From assembly GCF_009914755.1 (NCBI RefSeq), contig NC_060940.1: 64,000 nt of DNA. The stretch is one strand, 5' to 3'. Shown here piece after piece: positions 45,476 through 64,000 of the stretch (position 1 is the first letter of the stretch; every line of letters begins with the position of its first letter). The position numbers were made by a program, and so were the translations under genes. The notes under the pieces are model-generated. The model had not been told where the DNA came from. It was given only the letters and a program-made list of their open reading frames with translations, and searched no databases. Source of the stretch: the human T2T-CHM13v2.0 reference genome, Homo sapiens.

Positions 45476-46093
45476 TGTCAGCGTGGATTCAGCAAGGTTT
45501 TGTTCCCTCGTGGCATCAGTCAGCGTGGATTCAGCAAGGTTTTGTTACCTCGTGGCATTAATCAGCGTGGATTCAGCAAGGTTTTGTTCCCTTGTGGCAT
45601 CAGTCAGCGTGGATTCGCAAGGTTTTGTTACCTCGTGGCATCAGTCAGCGTGGATTCGCAAGGTTTTGTTCCCTCGTGGCATCAGTCAGCGTGGATTCGC
45701 AAGGTTTTGTTCCCTCGTGGCATCAGTCAGCGTGGATTCGCAAGGTTTTGTTCCCTCGTGGCATCAGTCAGCGTGGATTCGCAAGGTTTTGTTCCCTCGT
45801 GGCATCAGTCAGCGTGGATTCGCAAGGTTTTGTTCCCTCGTGGCATCAGTCAGCGTGGATTCGCAAGGTTTTGTTCCCTCGTGGCATCAGTCAGCGTGGA
45901 TTCGCAAGGTTTTGTTCCCTCGTGGCATCAGTCAGCGTGGATTCGCAAGGTTTTGTTCCCTCGTGGCATCAGTCAGCGTGGATTCGCAAGGTTTTGTTCC
46001 CTCGTGGCATCAGTCAGCGTGGATTCGCAAGGTTTTGTTCCCTCGTGGCATCAGTCAGCGTGGATTTGCAAAGTTTTGTTCCCTTGTGGCATC
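45476..46093. repeat. 41-bp VNTR, ~15 copies
   Basis: gtcagcgtggattcgcaaggttttgttccctcgtggcatca. Confidence 0.95.
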
Positions 46094-46473
46094 ATACTCC
46101 TTTCCTGTTTGGTTTGGGACTCCCATGGCCCCCTTGATGTTGGAGCCTCTTCAGGTGGCACCTGCGTCCTGGGCTATGCCCTGAGTTCCCGGAGCTCCCT
46201 GTGTCCTGGAACAGTCTGTACTTCCAGCAGATGTGGGTCCTGCCTGCCCTGGAAACGGCCATCTCTCTGAAGAGCCTGTGTCCTCCTGGTGGGGAGGGAT
46301 AGCTAGTATGTCAGCTTCTTAAATTACTTTATTAAAAATTGAGTATATGCAAAATAGTAGTCATAATAATAGTAATAGTAGCAAGTGCAAAGTGTAAGTA
46401 ATAGAAATGGATGTCACCTAACCTGCCGAGTTTAAAACATTGTTGTTGGACTTTTTTAAAGAGCTTTGGTGCC

Positions 46474-46770
46474 GGATGGGCACGGTGGCTCACGCCTGTG
46501 ATCCCAGCACTTTGGGAGGCCGAGGCGGGCGGATCACAAGGTCAAGAGATCAAGACCGTTCTGACCAACATGGTGAAACCCCGTCTCTACTAAAAATTCA
46601 AAAATTAGCTTGGCCTGGTGGCATGCACCTGTATTCCCAGCTACTCAGCAGGCTGAGGCAGGAGAATCGCTTGAACCTGGGGAGGCGGAGGTTGCAGTGA
46701 GCCGAGTTTGCACCACTACACTCCAGCCTGGGCGACAGAGTGAGACTCCATCTCAAAAAAATAAAAATAA
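46474..46770 (+). mobile_element. Alu with TSD AAGAGCTTTGGTGCC
   Basis: Direct repeat at 46459-46473 and 46769-46783. Confidence 0.95.
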
Positions 46771-47696
46771 GAGCTTTGGTGCCTACGTGCGTCACACAGA
46801 CAGTTTAACACATAATTCATTATCAGCAAGCGGTGACTGCCCAGGTTTTGCCTGTGGGGAAACAGAAAGGTTTTGACTCCAGTCTCTGTCTTCTGAAGAG
46901 CTGGCAGTCACAACTGTGGCAGAGCCTGGTGTGTGGCAGCTGCGTGAGGCTCTCCTGGACTGCTGTGGAGGAAGGGGCCCTCTGGCACCCCAGGAGCAGC
47001 CTGCCCCTCTGTCTGCCTCTGCATTTAGACCCTTAGCCTCCTTGCAGAGCCACCTCCTGGTCATTAGCGTTAAAGCTCTTCTCTCCTGATGTAGTTTTCC
47101 TCACCGTTCAGTAAATGGGCCTGCTGCTTGTGTTTGGAACAGAGATAGAAGCTGTAGCTCCCACGTGTGTGTGGAGCTGGTTTGACTTTTAAAAAATTGT
47201 AGTACCAAAAACTATGATTTTTTGTGTGTTATCCACACCATCAAGGCTGTATCACCGAGTATCTGCTCATTCTGAAAGTGTGCATCCTTTCTGAATTGAA
47301 ATGAAAGAGCAGGAGAAACCGTCTGTGTCCAGCCTGTTAGAGGTGTTACATTTGCCCTAGGTGGGCTGGGCAGAAGGCTGTTCTGCTCGGGAGCAACAGT
47401 GTCCACACGTCAGTTTCCAGAGCCCGGGTCGCCAGGATCCGGCTCAGAGTGTGAGTTTGCTCAGGTGTGTGCTGAGCACCCCTGGGTGCCAGACTCCGGG
47501 CAGGTCCCCGCCGCAGCCGCGTCAGCAGAGCAATGTGATCGTTGCTGGGACTGTTCCCCTAGTCTCAGTCAGTTCACTAGGGCCATGCATGCAGTGTTCA
47601 GACAGGAGATTCTCATGAAAAATAGAATTGTTATCCTAAAATTACATGAGAGGGAATGCTTATAAGTTTATCAAATAGTAAAACATCACAACACAG

Positions 47697-48164
<468 letters not shown>

Positions 48165-48251
48165 TCAATGAAGTGTATATGCTTGATATCTTAAGTATGT
48201 AAAATAATTGTGGAATGAAATATATGACAACATTAGCAGTGGTCATCTCTG

Positions 48252-49092
<841 letters not shown>

Positions 49093-49599
49093 CTGTGTTT
49101 TTTGTTTTCTTAATGTTCTGTGTTTAGCCAGGTGTTCTGTGCCAAGTGTGCCTGCTCTTTGTAGACACGAGAGCCCTTTTGGCTTGTTGTGGGTTTTAAG
49201 GCGTTAAGTAAAAGCTCTAGCTTCGCAGGAAACCAGTCCACAAACTGCCCTAGAATTTCTTCTGACATTTGGCATGCTGGTGTACACAGACACATTTGAA
49301 ATTTGTTAGATAACTTTTCCTTCCTTTACTGTCCTCCATCAGGCAGGCGCCGGTTTGCCTGCAGTGGGGTTGGTGGACGTGGGCTGTCCTTGTCTCAGAA
49401 GACATCCGAGGGGAGTGGTATGCCGGAAGATTGAATGCGGAGCGCCGGCCCCGCACGTGAATGACTTAGAGCCCCAGGTCTTCAGGGACAGGCAGTGCCT
49501 TCACATCTGGCTCTGATATGTGTTCAGGCTGTCTTGTAGGGTAATCCGGTCCCCTAATCCTTAGACCTCCAAATTCAAAGCAGATCAATGCCCTGTGGG

Positions 49600-51960
<2,361 letters not shown>

Positions 51961-52079
51961 TTTCTTTGTAATAGCCATAGAACATTTCTATTCTGTCAGT
52001 AACCATTCCCCAGTGGGTGGATTTTTAGTTTGGATTCAGTTTATTTATAATAAATACAGGGCCGCAATAGATGGCCTTT

Positions 52080-52990
52080 CTACTCCTTTTCTGTTATTGC
52101 TGACACATAGTCCTCTCGGTCCTCAGTCCAGTGTGGGTTTCCCTGGGCTGAAGTCAAGGTGTTGGCTGACACACAGTCCTCTCGGTCCTCAGTCCAGTGT
52201 GGGTTTCCCTGGGCTGAAGTCAAGGTGTTGGCTGACACACAGTCCTCTCGGTCCTCAGTCCAGTGTGGGTTTCCCTGGGCTGAAGTCAAGGTGTTGGCTG
52301 ACACACAGTCCTCTCGGTCCTCAGTCCAGTGTGGGTTTCCCTGGGCTGAAGTCAAGGTGTTGGCTGACACGCAGTCCTCTCGGTCCTCAGTCCAGTGTGG
52401 GTTTCCCTGGGCTGAAGTCAAGGTGTTGGCTGACACGCAGTCCTCTCGGTCCTCAGTCCAGTGTGGGTTTCCCTGGGCTGAAGTCAAGGTGTTGGCTGAC
52501 ACACAGTCCTCTCGGTCCTCAGTCCAGTGTGGGTTTCCCTGAGCTGAAGTCAAGGTGTTGGCTGACACACAGTCCTCTCGGTCCTCAGTCCAGTGTGGGT
52601 TTCCCTGGGCTGAAGTCAAGGTGTTGGCCAGGGCTTTGCTTTTTGCAGGCCCTACAGGAAGATGTTCTCTTGCTCGTTGGGAGGTTGGCAGAATTCCGTT
52701 CTTGCTGGTGGTAGGACTGGCAGTAGCACCTTGCTGGGTGCAAGCCGAGCCTTTCCCGGCTTCTCCAGGCCGCCTGCGTTGTTCACGGAGGGCCCTTGCC
52801 CATCTGCAGAGCCAGCACTGGCGGGTGAAGTCCCTCTCATGCTTTGACTCTCCTTCTGTCTCATCTGTAGCTCAGCCAGGAAAGGCGGTTAAGGACTTAT
52901 GTAGTTAATTGGCCCCACCCAGATAATCCCGGATAATCTCCCACCTCGAGATCCGTGCACCTTAATCCTGTCTGCAGAGTCCCATGCTAG
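52080..52990. mobile_element. MLT1-type MaLR LTR containing the 66-bp VNTR
   Basis: gggctgaagtcaaggtgttggccagggct...gttggcagaattccgttcttgc...gtaggactg and ggccccacccagataatcc resemble MLT1 LTRs. Confidence 0.6.
52099..52627. repeat. 66-bp VNTR, 8 copies
   Basis: 22-aa periodic ORFs (LTHSPLGPQSSVGFPGLKSRCW). Confidence 0.95.
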
Positions 52991-53099
52991 CAACTCAGCA
53001 GCAAACAGCCCCTGCACTGTGCCCTGCAGGAACATGGCTGCTGGTGGCAGGCCGGCCCAGACAGACAGACTACCACCTGAGCCAAGGAACCTCCACTCA

Positions 53100-54459
<1,360 letters not shown>

Positions 54460-54656
54460 CTCCTGAGCCTGCTTAGCTCCCACCTCGTCCTCTGTCCTTT
54501 TTTGATCCTGAAGGGCTAGGTGCTGTGCCAAACCTGGGAGGCCCAGGATGCTGGCTTCAGGCTGCCAATCTGTGGCCCTCAGCGCCATCAGACCCAGGCC
54601 CCTTCTAGACAAATGGTTGTGGCATTCCCTTTACCATCCTGAAAAGAATGAAACTC

Positions 54657-55200
54657 GGCTGGCCATGGTGGCTCACGCCTGTAATCCCAGCACTTTAGGA
54701 GGCCGAGGCAGGCAGATCACTTGAGGTCAGGAGTTCAAGACAAGCCTAGCCAACATGGTGAAACCCCATCTCTACAAAAAATGCAAAAAAAATTAGCTGG
54801 GCATGGTGGCGGGCACCTGTAGTCCCCACTCCTTGGGAGGCAGAGGCACAAGAATCACTTGAACCCAGAAGGTGGAGGTTGCCATGAGCCAAGATTGTGC
54901 TACAATTGTGTGGCGGCTCATACCTGTCATCCCAGCACTTTGGGAGGTCAAGGTGGGCAGATTGCTTGAGCTCAGGAGCTCAAGACCAGCCTGGGCAACA
55001 CAGCGAGACCCCTGACTGTACAAAAGATACAAAATTAGCCAGGTGTGGTGGTGCACACCTGTAGTCCCAGCTACTCAGGAGGCTGAGCTATGAGGAGCAC
55101 GTGAGCCTAGGAGTTGGAGGCTGCAGTGAGCCTTGGCCTCACCACTGCACTCCAGCCTGGGTGACAGAACGAGACACCTTCTCAAAAAATAAAAATAAAA
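54657..55200 (+). mobile_element. Two tandem Alus
   Basis: Alu sequence. Confidence 0.9.
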
Positions 55201-55739
55201 ACGTGGACTGATAGGTGAGAGAGGTTTGATGGTTTGGGAACAGCGGTGCTGCCACGGCTGGGTGAGGGGCCATGCGATCTGCTTGGAATGCCATGTGAGG
55301 GGAAGGGGAGGTCAGGGCAGTGCCTGGTGTGGTTCCCAGCAGGGAGCACAGGAGGTTTATTCTCTGGGAAAATTGAGTCGTGGACAGCAGACACCACTGG
55401 GGATGGTGGGGGACAGGGTGGCAGGGGACAGGGTGGCCTGAGCAAGCCCCTCCTTGCCTGGGAACTCAGGGCCTCCTGATATGCAGATGGGAGCCCGTGG
55501 CAGGATGATGGCAGGATAACCGTCAGCCCAAAAGAAGCGGCCACGAGACGCCGCCGAGAGCCCCAACTTAGAAGCCAGAGTCACCAGCTTCCTGGCTAGG
55601 GTCTGTCCTTGAGGGTCACCAGAATGTGAGGAAAGACCCAGACAGGCAGGAAAAGAGCTCAGGGAAGGACATCTTACCATTGGCGTCATCAGAGATACCG
55701 CATCCACGAATGAAGAGCCAGACGCTGCCAGAGGGGAAC

Positions 55740-55870
55740 GCTCAGAGCACCGGAAGGAGCTTTTAGAAATTATAAATAAGCAGCACATTTTAAAAAAGCC
55801 ATAGAAGGGCTAGAAAAGAAAGTTGAGGACATCTCCCAGAAAATAGAACAAAAAGAGATTAAAAAACAAC
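55740..55870 (+). mobile_element. Old L1 ORF1-like fragment
   Basis: A-rich aatagaagggctagaaaagaaagttgaggacatctcccagaaaatagaacaaaaag. Confidence 0.4.
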
Positions 55871-57660
55871 TGGGCAGTCCCTGCAGAGGTCACCCTGGCT
55901 GGCGCGGCTCAGGATGGAGGGCGGGAGCTGTGTGCCTGGAGGGGGGAGCTGAGGCACGTCAGGATGTGTCTCCAGACTGCAAGGGCCACAGAGTACGAAA
56001 AAGACCACCCAGAGCAATGTGGTCAAAGACCATGCCTTAAAAGGTTTTAGGAAACAGAATGGGTCCCACGGGAGGGTGGGGATGTGAACGGCACCAGCCT
56101 GGTGGCTCGGGTGCCAGGCCAGGGCCAGATGTAGCCTCATACCAGCCCAGCTGGGAGTCCGCTTGCTGAGACTTGGTCTCCTGTAGCTGGTGGGGAAGCG
56201 GCACCCTGTGCGGTAGACAGAACCAGCAGCCGAGGCGCCGGTGGCTTTGCTCTGGTGGCAGGACAGGTGTTCTGACCTCCCTGCCTCTGTCCCCTGAGGT
56301 CAGAGCGCCTGTCCTGTGGAGCGGCTCTGACCAGGACAGTGCCGTGTGTCTCATGGGGTTGTGTTCAGGTCGGCTGAGAGGCAGCGCCTGGCTGGGGCTA
56401 GATGAACAAGAGGGTTATTGGGAACAGTAAACCTGAGGTGGTGAGCAAGGCCTGTGGCACCCAGCAGATGAGGAGGAGAGCAGGGGGAAGGGTGGCAGGA
56501 GTTGCTGGTGCTGCGTGAGGCCTCAGTGGGCCTGCACGGAGCAGCTGACCTTCACTGGCGCCCTTGCCTTTTCACTGAGCCGGGTATTAGCTTAGCTTAT
56601 TTTTGAAAAGACATTTCAACAGGAGGTAAAAATGAACAGCACACCAAGAGAATATGTCACAGCTGATGCCTAGGGACCCCCTTATGGGGTAGTGTTGAGC
56701 TCTGCAGCCGGAGCCCACTGCCCCTGCCCCTGCGCCGTCCCCCAGCGCGGGCTCCAGGCCTCTCCTGGGTCACTGCTCTGTGCCTCCAGGAGCTCCTCCC
56801 TCTACCCCGCCCTGCCCCACCCCGTCACCTGCTTGCCCTGACCCTGCCTGGATAATTGAGACCTTCCAGGCCAAGGGCCCCCTCCCCAGGATCCTGACAC
56901 CTGTCCCTCTGAGAGTCCAGACCTTTTCCAGAGTGACATCCTGGGGCCCTGTGTGGTCAGAGGGCTCCATGTGGTCAGTGGCTGTGGCTTGCTGGGAACA
57001 AGACACTCGGCTGACTGTGCTTAGAGAACAGGCCGCTGTTTGTGTCTAAATGGTATCCATGGGGACGTTGTTTCATAGTCTTCTTACACTTTTCCTCTTC
57101 ACTGTTGCTGAGAATCCTGTTCTGACGCGCACCGTGGGCAACCGGGTGCGGAGCCTGCAGGATGGGTGGGACGCAGACGTCCAGCGGGAGGAGCATCCCA
57201 GAGCAGCCTCTGATTCAAGAGCAAGGTGCTCTAGAGGCCCCGGCTCTGTGGGTGGGTGACGTGGTCCCCAGGCTTTTCCCGGCATCCCCGTTCCTTTTGC
57301 AGCAGCCATGGCTCCTGGTGGCCCTGGGCCATGGCGCCATCTAGGGGTGGCCTAGGGGAGTCCCCGGGCCATCAGCATCTGTCTTGTGGGTGTTGCTGGC
57401 GCCTGCCTGCTTGGCCACATTGGCACGTCGAGGTGACCGTCAAGGAGAAGCAGCTATGGCCTTTGTGGCAATCGTGGTGTCCAACTTTGGCCTCTCAGGT
57501 CAGCCTCATGGGGGCTTCAACAGCCAGGACCAAAATGACCAAGGCCCCTCCGTCCCTGTGTCCCTGCTTGACAGAACCACCGGAGGAGGGAGGTGCGGGA
57601 AGGGTGTTGACGGCCTGAGCGCGGTGCCTCCCTGAAGAGTGTTGTTTCACTTGTGAGTGT

Positions 57661-59515
57661 GCACGGGACAGCCGCCCTGGCCTGTAGAATCAAGAGCAGG
57701 GACAGCCGCCCTGGCCTGTAGAATCAAGAGCAGAGACAGCCGCCCTGGCCTGTAGAATCAAGAGCAGGGACAGCCGCCCTGGCCTGTAGAATCAAGAGCA
57801 GGGACAGCCGCCCTGGCCTGTAGATTCAAGAGCAGGGACAGCCGCCCTGGCCTGTAGAATCAAGAGCAAGGGACAGCCGCCTTCGCCTGTAGAATCAAGA
57901 GCAGGGACAGCCGCCCTGGCCTGTAGAATCAAGAGCACGGGACAGCCGCCCTGGCCTGTAGAATCAAGAGCACGGGACAGCCGCCCTGGCCTGTAGAATC
58001 AAGAGCAGGGACAGCCGCCCTGGCCTGTAGAATCAAGAGCAAGGGACAGCCGCCCTGGCCTGTAGAATCAAGAGCAAGGGACAGCCGCCTTTGCCTGTAG
58101 AATCAAGAGCAGGGACAGCCGCCCTGGCCTGTAGCATCAAGAGCAAGGGACAGCCGCCCTGGCCTGTAGAATCAAGAGCAGGGACAGCCGCCCTGGCCTG
58201 TAGAATCAAGAGCAGGGACAGCCGCCCTGGCCTGTAGAATCAAGAGCAGGGACAGCCGCCCTGGCCTGTAGAATCAAGAGCAGGGACAGCCGCCCTGGCC
58301 TGTAGAATCAAGAGCAGGGACAGCCGCCCTGGCCTGTAGAATCAAGAGCAGGGACAGCCGCCCTGGCCTGTAGAATCAAGAGCAGGGACAGCCGCCCTGG
58401 CCTGTAGAATCAAGAGCAGGGACAGCCGCCCTGGCCTGTAGATTCAAGAGCAGGGACAGCCGCCCTGGCCTGTAGAATCAAGAGCAAGGGACAGCCGCCT
58501 TCGCCTGTAGAATCAAGAGCAGGGACAGCCGCCCTGGCCTGTAGAATCAAGAGCACGGGACAGCCGCCCTGGCCTGTAGAATCAAGAGCACGGGACAGCC
58601 GCCCTGGCCTGTAGAATCAAGAGCACGGGACAGCCGCCCTGGCCTGTAGAATCAAGAGCAGGGACAGCCGCCCTGGCCTGTAGAATCAAGAGCAAGGGAC
58701 AGCCGCCTTTGCCTGTAGAATCAAGAGCAGGGACAGCTGCCCTGGCCTGTAGCATCAAGAGCAAGGGACAGCCGCCCTGGCCTGTAGAATCAAGAGCAGG
58801 GACAGCCGCCCTGGCCTGTAGAATCAAGAGCAGGGACAGCCGCCCTGGCCTGTAGAATCAAGAGCAGGGACAGCCGCCCTGGCCTGTAGAATCAAGAGCA
58901 AGGGACAGCCGCCTTCGCCTGTAGAATCAAGAGCAGGGACAGCCGCCCTGGCCTGTAGAATCAAGAGCACGGGACAGCCGCCCTGGCCTGTAGAATCAAG
59001 AGCACGGGACAGCCGCCCTGGCCTGTAGAATCAAGAGCAGGGACAGCCGCCCTGGCCTGTAGAATCAAGAGCAAGGGACAGCCGCCTTTGCCTGTAGAAT
59101 CAAGAGCAGGGACAGCCGCCCTGGCCTGTAGCATCAAGAGCAAGGGACAGCCGCCCTGGCCTGTAGAATCAAGAGCAAGGGACAGCCGCCCTGGCCTGTA
59201 GAATCAAGAGCAGGGACAGCCGCCCTGGCCTGTAGAATCAAGAGCAGGGACAGCCGCCCTCACCTGTAGAATCAGCAGGGACAGCCGCCCTGGCCTGTAG
59301 CATCAAGAGCAGGGACAGCCGCCCTGGCCTGTAGCATCAAGAGCAGGGACAGCTGCCCTTGCTTGTAGAATCAAGAGCAGGGACAGCCGCCCTCGCCTGT
59401 AGAATCAAGAGCAGGGGACAGCTGCCCTCGTCTTTAGATTGAAGAGCAGGGACTGCCGCCCTCGCCTGTAGAATCAAGAGCAGGACTGCCGCCCTGGCCG
59501 GTAGAATCAAGAGCA
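57661..59515. repeat. Large 34-35-bp VNTR, ~54 copies
   Basis: gagcagggacagccgccctggcctgtagaatcaa. Confidence 0.97.
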
Positions 59516-59734
59516 CAGTGCAGCAGCACGCAGCACACTCAGCGGATGGAGGGCCTGGCTTCTGCACGCCGGCTGGCACTTGCTGCCAGTTGCCCTTTTC
59601 TGCGAGGCTGGATCGTGGTGCGGTGGTGGCTTGGATGGGTTTCTCTGCTGAACGATGATGTGGAATGCCTTTTCACTGCTTCTTGGTCGTCGGTTTTTCT
59701 TCTTTGGGGAAATGTCTATTCAAGTCCTTTGCCC

Positions 59735-59923
59735 TTTTTTTAAAGTATAATTTCCGTATTTTTTTCCCCAGAGGATAGTTTGTCTTTAGTCCTTAAGGAC
59801 TCAGCTCCTTATGTGGGTCTTAGTGGGAGTCGTGGGCAACACCCAGGTCTAGACCCAGGTGGAATGCATGGTCTTGGGGCCTTGGTGGGGGTCGTGGGCA
59901 GCACCCAGGTCTAGACTTGGGTG
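59735..59923 (-). pseudogene. Truncated processed pseudogene fragment of RPS26 (C-terminal codons, 3' UTR, poly-A remnant)
   Basis: The reverse complement ...ggtgttgcccacgactcccactaagacccacataaggagctgagtccttaaggactaaagacaaactatcctctggggaaaaaaatacggaaattatacttt matches the recalled RPS26 mRNA 3' end. Confidence 0.75.
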
Positions 59924-60075
59924 ACGTGCATAGCCCTGGACTTGAGGAGCAGGATTCCTGACTGGCTTGCTGTGAAGGGCACCACTGGGGCAGTGACGCA
60001 GCTTCACACGCAGCTCGGGAAGCACACAGTCGGCGCAGATGCTTCCAAAATGTCTGCAAGGCTGCGGCCTCTACT

Positions 60076-61002
60076 GCATCCAGATGGTGAACTGCCTAAC
60101 TCTACCGCGTCCCGATGGTGAACTGCTAACTCTGCCGTATCCCGATGGTGAACTGCCGAACTCTACCGCATCCCGATGGTGAACTGCCAAACTCTACCGC
60201 ATCCCGATGGTGAACTGCTAACTACCGCATCCCGATGGTGAACTGCCGAACTCTACCGCATCCCTATGGTGAACTGCTAACTCTGCCGCATCCCGATGGT
60301 GAACTGCCTAACTCTACCTCGTCCCGATGGTGAACTGCCTAACTCTACCACATCCCGATGGTGAACTGCTAACTCTGCCACATCCCGATGGTGAACTGCT
60401 AACTCTGCCGCATCCCGATGGTGAACTGCCAAACTTTACCTCGTCCCGATGGTGAACTGCCTAAACCTCGTCCCGATGGTGAACTGCCTAACTCTACCGC
60501 ATCCCGATGGTGAACTGCCTAACTCTACCACATCCCGATGGTGAACTGCTAACTCTGCCGCATCCCGATGGTGAACTGCCAAACTTTACCTCGTCCCGAT
60601 GGTGAACTGCCTAAACCTCGTCCCGATGGTGAACTGCCTAACTCTACCGCATCCCGATGGTGAACTGCCTAACTCTACCACATCCCGATGGTGAACTGCT
60701 AACTCTGCCGTATCCCGATGGTGAACTGCCAAACTTTACCTCGTCCCGATGGTGAACTGCCTAACTCTACCTCGTCCCAATGGTGAACTGCCTAACTCTA
60801 CCACATCCTGATGGTGAACTGCTAACTCTGCCGCATCCCGACGGTGAACTGCCAAACTCTACCTCGTCCCGACGGTGAACTGCCAAACTCTACCTCGTCC
60901 CAGTGGTGAACTGCTAACTCAGCCGCATCCCGATGGTGAACTGCCAAACTTTACCTCGTCCCGATAGTGAACTGCCTAACTCTACCGCATCCTGATGAAC
61001 TG
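60076..61002. repeat. 30-31-bp VNTR, ~30 copies
   Basis: catcccgatggtgaactgcctaactctaccg. Confidence 0.95.
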
Positions 61003-61748
61003 CTTAATGGCGTTGTCCCTGGGTACACATTGGGTGCAGCTCCTGCAGTCATGGGCTGCTCACAGCCGTGGCCCTTTTGGCACAACCATTGTTCCTTCTT
61101 GTCTTGGAAACGAGGACCCGAGGGAGACCATCCGTCCATCCTAAAATTGGGACGTTTGGTTTTCTGTTGTTGAGTTGGAGTTATTTGTAGAGTCTAGAGA
61201 TCAGTCTCTAGGAGACGTGTGATCTGCAGACATTTCCCTCCATCTCTGGGTTGCATTTTTCTGTCCATTGATGGTGTCCTTCGATGCATGAGAACAGCCT
61301 TTGATGTACATGTAGGGGTTGGTCAGGCAGAAGGACGGTGTGGGTGGAAGCGCTGATGCCTGAAGAAGGGCACCGTAGGCAGAGAGACCGCATGGCTGGC
61401 TTGCAGGGCTGGGCCCGCACGGAGAGACAGATGTGCACAGACACACACACAAGCCCACTGGGCAGGTGCACTCCGTGGGAGGGCGTCGCTTATGTTTAAA
61501 AAGTGCCCGTTTCCAAGCCCCTTGGAGAAAGTGTCATAAAAAGACAAAACGTGAATGGTGTTTCTAAGGTGGGGGAAGGGGCTGAGCCCTAAAGGTAGAA
61601 GCTTCTGGAAAGTTTCCAGAGGGCCCAGAGCCTGTTTAAGATGTCGTGCCTGCGTTAAGTGTCCAGAACTGTCTGCTCCTTTCAGTTTCTCTTGGACTGA
61701 CCTTTTCCTATAAAACTGTAAGGAAATAAAAAGTAATGATGTGATGTG

Positions 61749-62339
<591 letters not shown>

Positions 62340-62400
62340 TACCAATGTGGCAGGCAGGCTGGTGGCTGTCTGAGGTCAGTCCAGAGTCCGGAGAAGCAGC

Positions 62401-62719
<319 letters not shown>

Positions 62720-63276
62720 TTAAACTTGTTTGGCCCTCCCTAACACCAACCTTGGCAGTTCCTGGGCTGCAGTAAGCCGAGACTTGGAAATACATTCGCC
62801 TTGGAGAATTCAACTTCAAAATGCATACGAAGTAGGTCAGGGTGGAAATAAAGGCACTGCCCTTTCTCCAGGCACGCTGGAGTCCACGCCCTGCCTTTGC
62901 CCAATGCCCTCTGAGGGAGAGGCCCTGTGCCTTGCACCCAGCGCGGGCCACAGGCGGAGGCCCCATTCCAGGCAAGCCGTGCCCATGGAGAGGCTGGCCT
63001 GCTAGGCTGTGGGGCCCGATGGCCTGACACTGTATGGACCACGCTCCTGCCCTGCCCTGCCCCGCCCTGCCCGTGGCCCGTGTGCAGAAGTGGGCAGGCC
63101 TGGGTTGCTGGGCCAGAGCCCCGAGATTTCCCCCTGCCCCACTGGCTGAGTGTGGGGGAGCTGCTTCTCCACTTCCGCGTGGGTCTTGGCCCTGGGAGGC
63201 CAGTGGCCGAGGCTGGTCTCGCGGGCGCTCGCTCCAGGAGTGGCGCGTCCCCTCAGCGCCCTGTGCTTCCTCGCAG

Positions 63277-63337
63277 GGATCGACTACAAGACCACCACCA
63301 TCCTGCTGGACGGCCGGCGCGTGAAGCTGGAGCTCTG
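63277..63337 (+). CDS. RAB40C: RAB40C coding exon 2
   Basis: tcgcag|GGATCGACTAC...CTCTG|gtgagt; [21 protein letters not shown]; phase matches exon 1. Confidence 0.96.
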
Positions 63338-63630
63338 GTGAGTTGGGGCTGCGGCACTTCAGTTCCTGGGTGAGGACACAAATGCCGAAGGGAGAACAGA
63401 ACCCTTAGAGAAACAGGAAGGCGTCCTGTTTGCATTTCACTTGGAAGAGCCACTTACACAGCCCCTGTTTAAACATAGAATGGATTTTACTCCAACAGGA
63501 AAAAGACAGTCTGGGACACTGTGTCCCTAGAGATCGCGGCTCCCCTCCTGCCCCGGAAAACCTGATTCCGTGGTGGCTGTGAGCCCCTTCCCTCCCCTTC
63601 TGTCGGCTTCACCTTAAAAAGCATTTCCCA

Positions 63631-64000
<370 letters not shown>

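Noticed and set aside
45264-46270. Periodic ORFs in all three frames
   Set aside because: Products of the stop-free 41-bp VNTR.
57661-61002. 30-35-bp repeat arrays resembling CRISPR repeat lengths
   Set aside because: Head-to-tail units without unique spacers; ordinary minisatellites.

Overview
GC-rich human (primate) genomic DNA. From the translated proteins and gene order I recognise it as chr16p13.3, with all genes on the + strand. In order: the poly(A) end of the upstream gene (probably CAPN15); PRR35 (571 aa, ZNF750-like zinc finger plus a PLDLS CtBP motif); NHLRC4; the complete PIGQ gene (581-aa and 760-aa isoforms reconstruct exactly from splice sites); and exons 1-2 of RAB40C around a ~27-kb intron. 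The window also has three CpG islands, about ten VNTRs, roughly 30 Alu copies or fragments, MaLR LTRs, old L1 pieces, a MER53 MITE and a short RPS26 retrocopy. The strongest finding is NHLRC4: its AUG-initiated CDS (123 aa) holds only 3 NHL blades, but the frame stays open without any AUG for ~180 codons upstream and encodes 3 more. This implies a hidden full six-bladed propeller made by non-AUG initiation or by an in-phase alternative splice. Other findings: an in-frame strong-Kozak uORF ending 9 nt before the PRR35 AUG, a duplicated decoy 3' splice site before PIGQ exon 6, a dual-coding PIGQ last exon, and a thrice-repeated TGAnnGAC-N11-CCAAT module in the RAB40C promoter. Gene names, repeat families and literature points come from recall, not database searches. 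Repeat boundaries and copy numbers are approximate.
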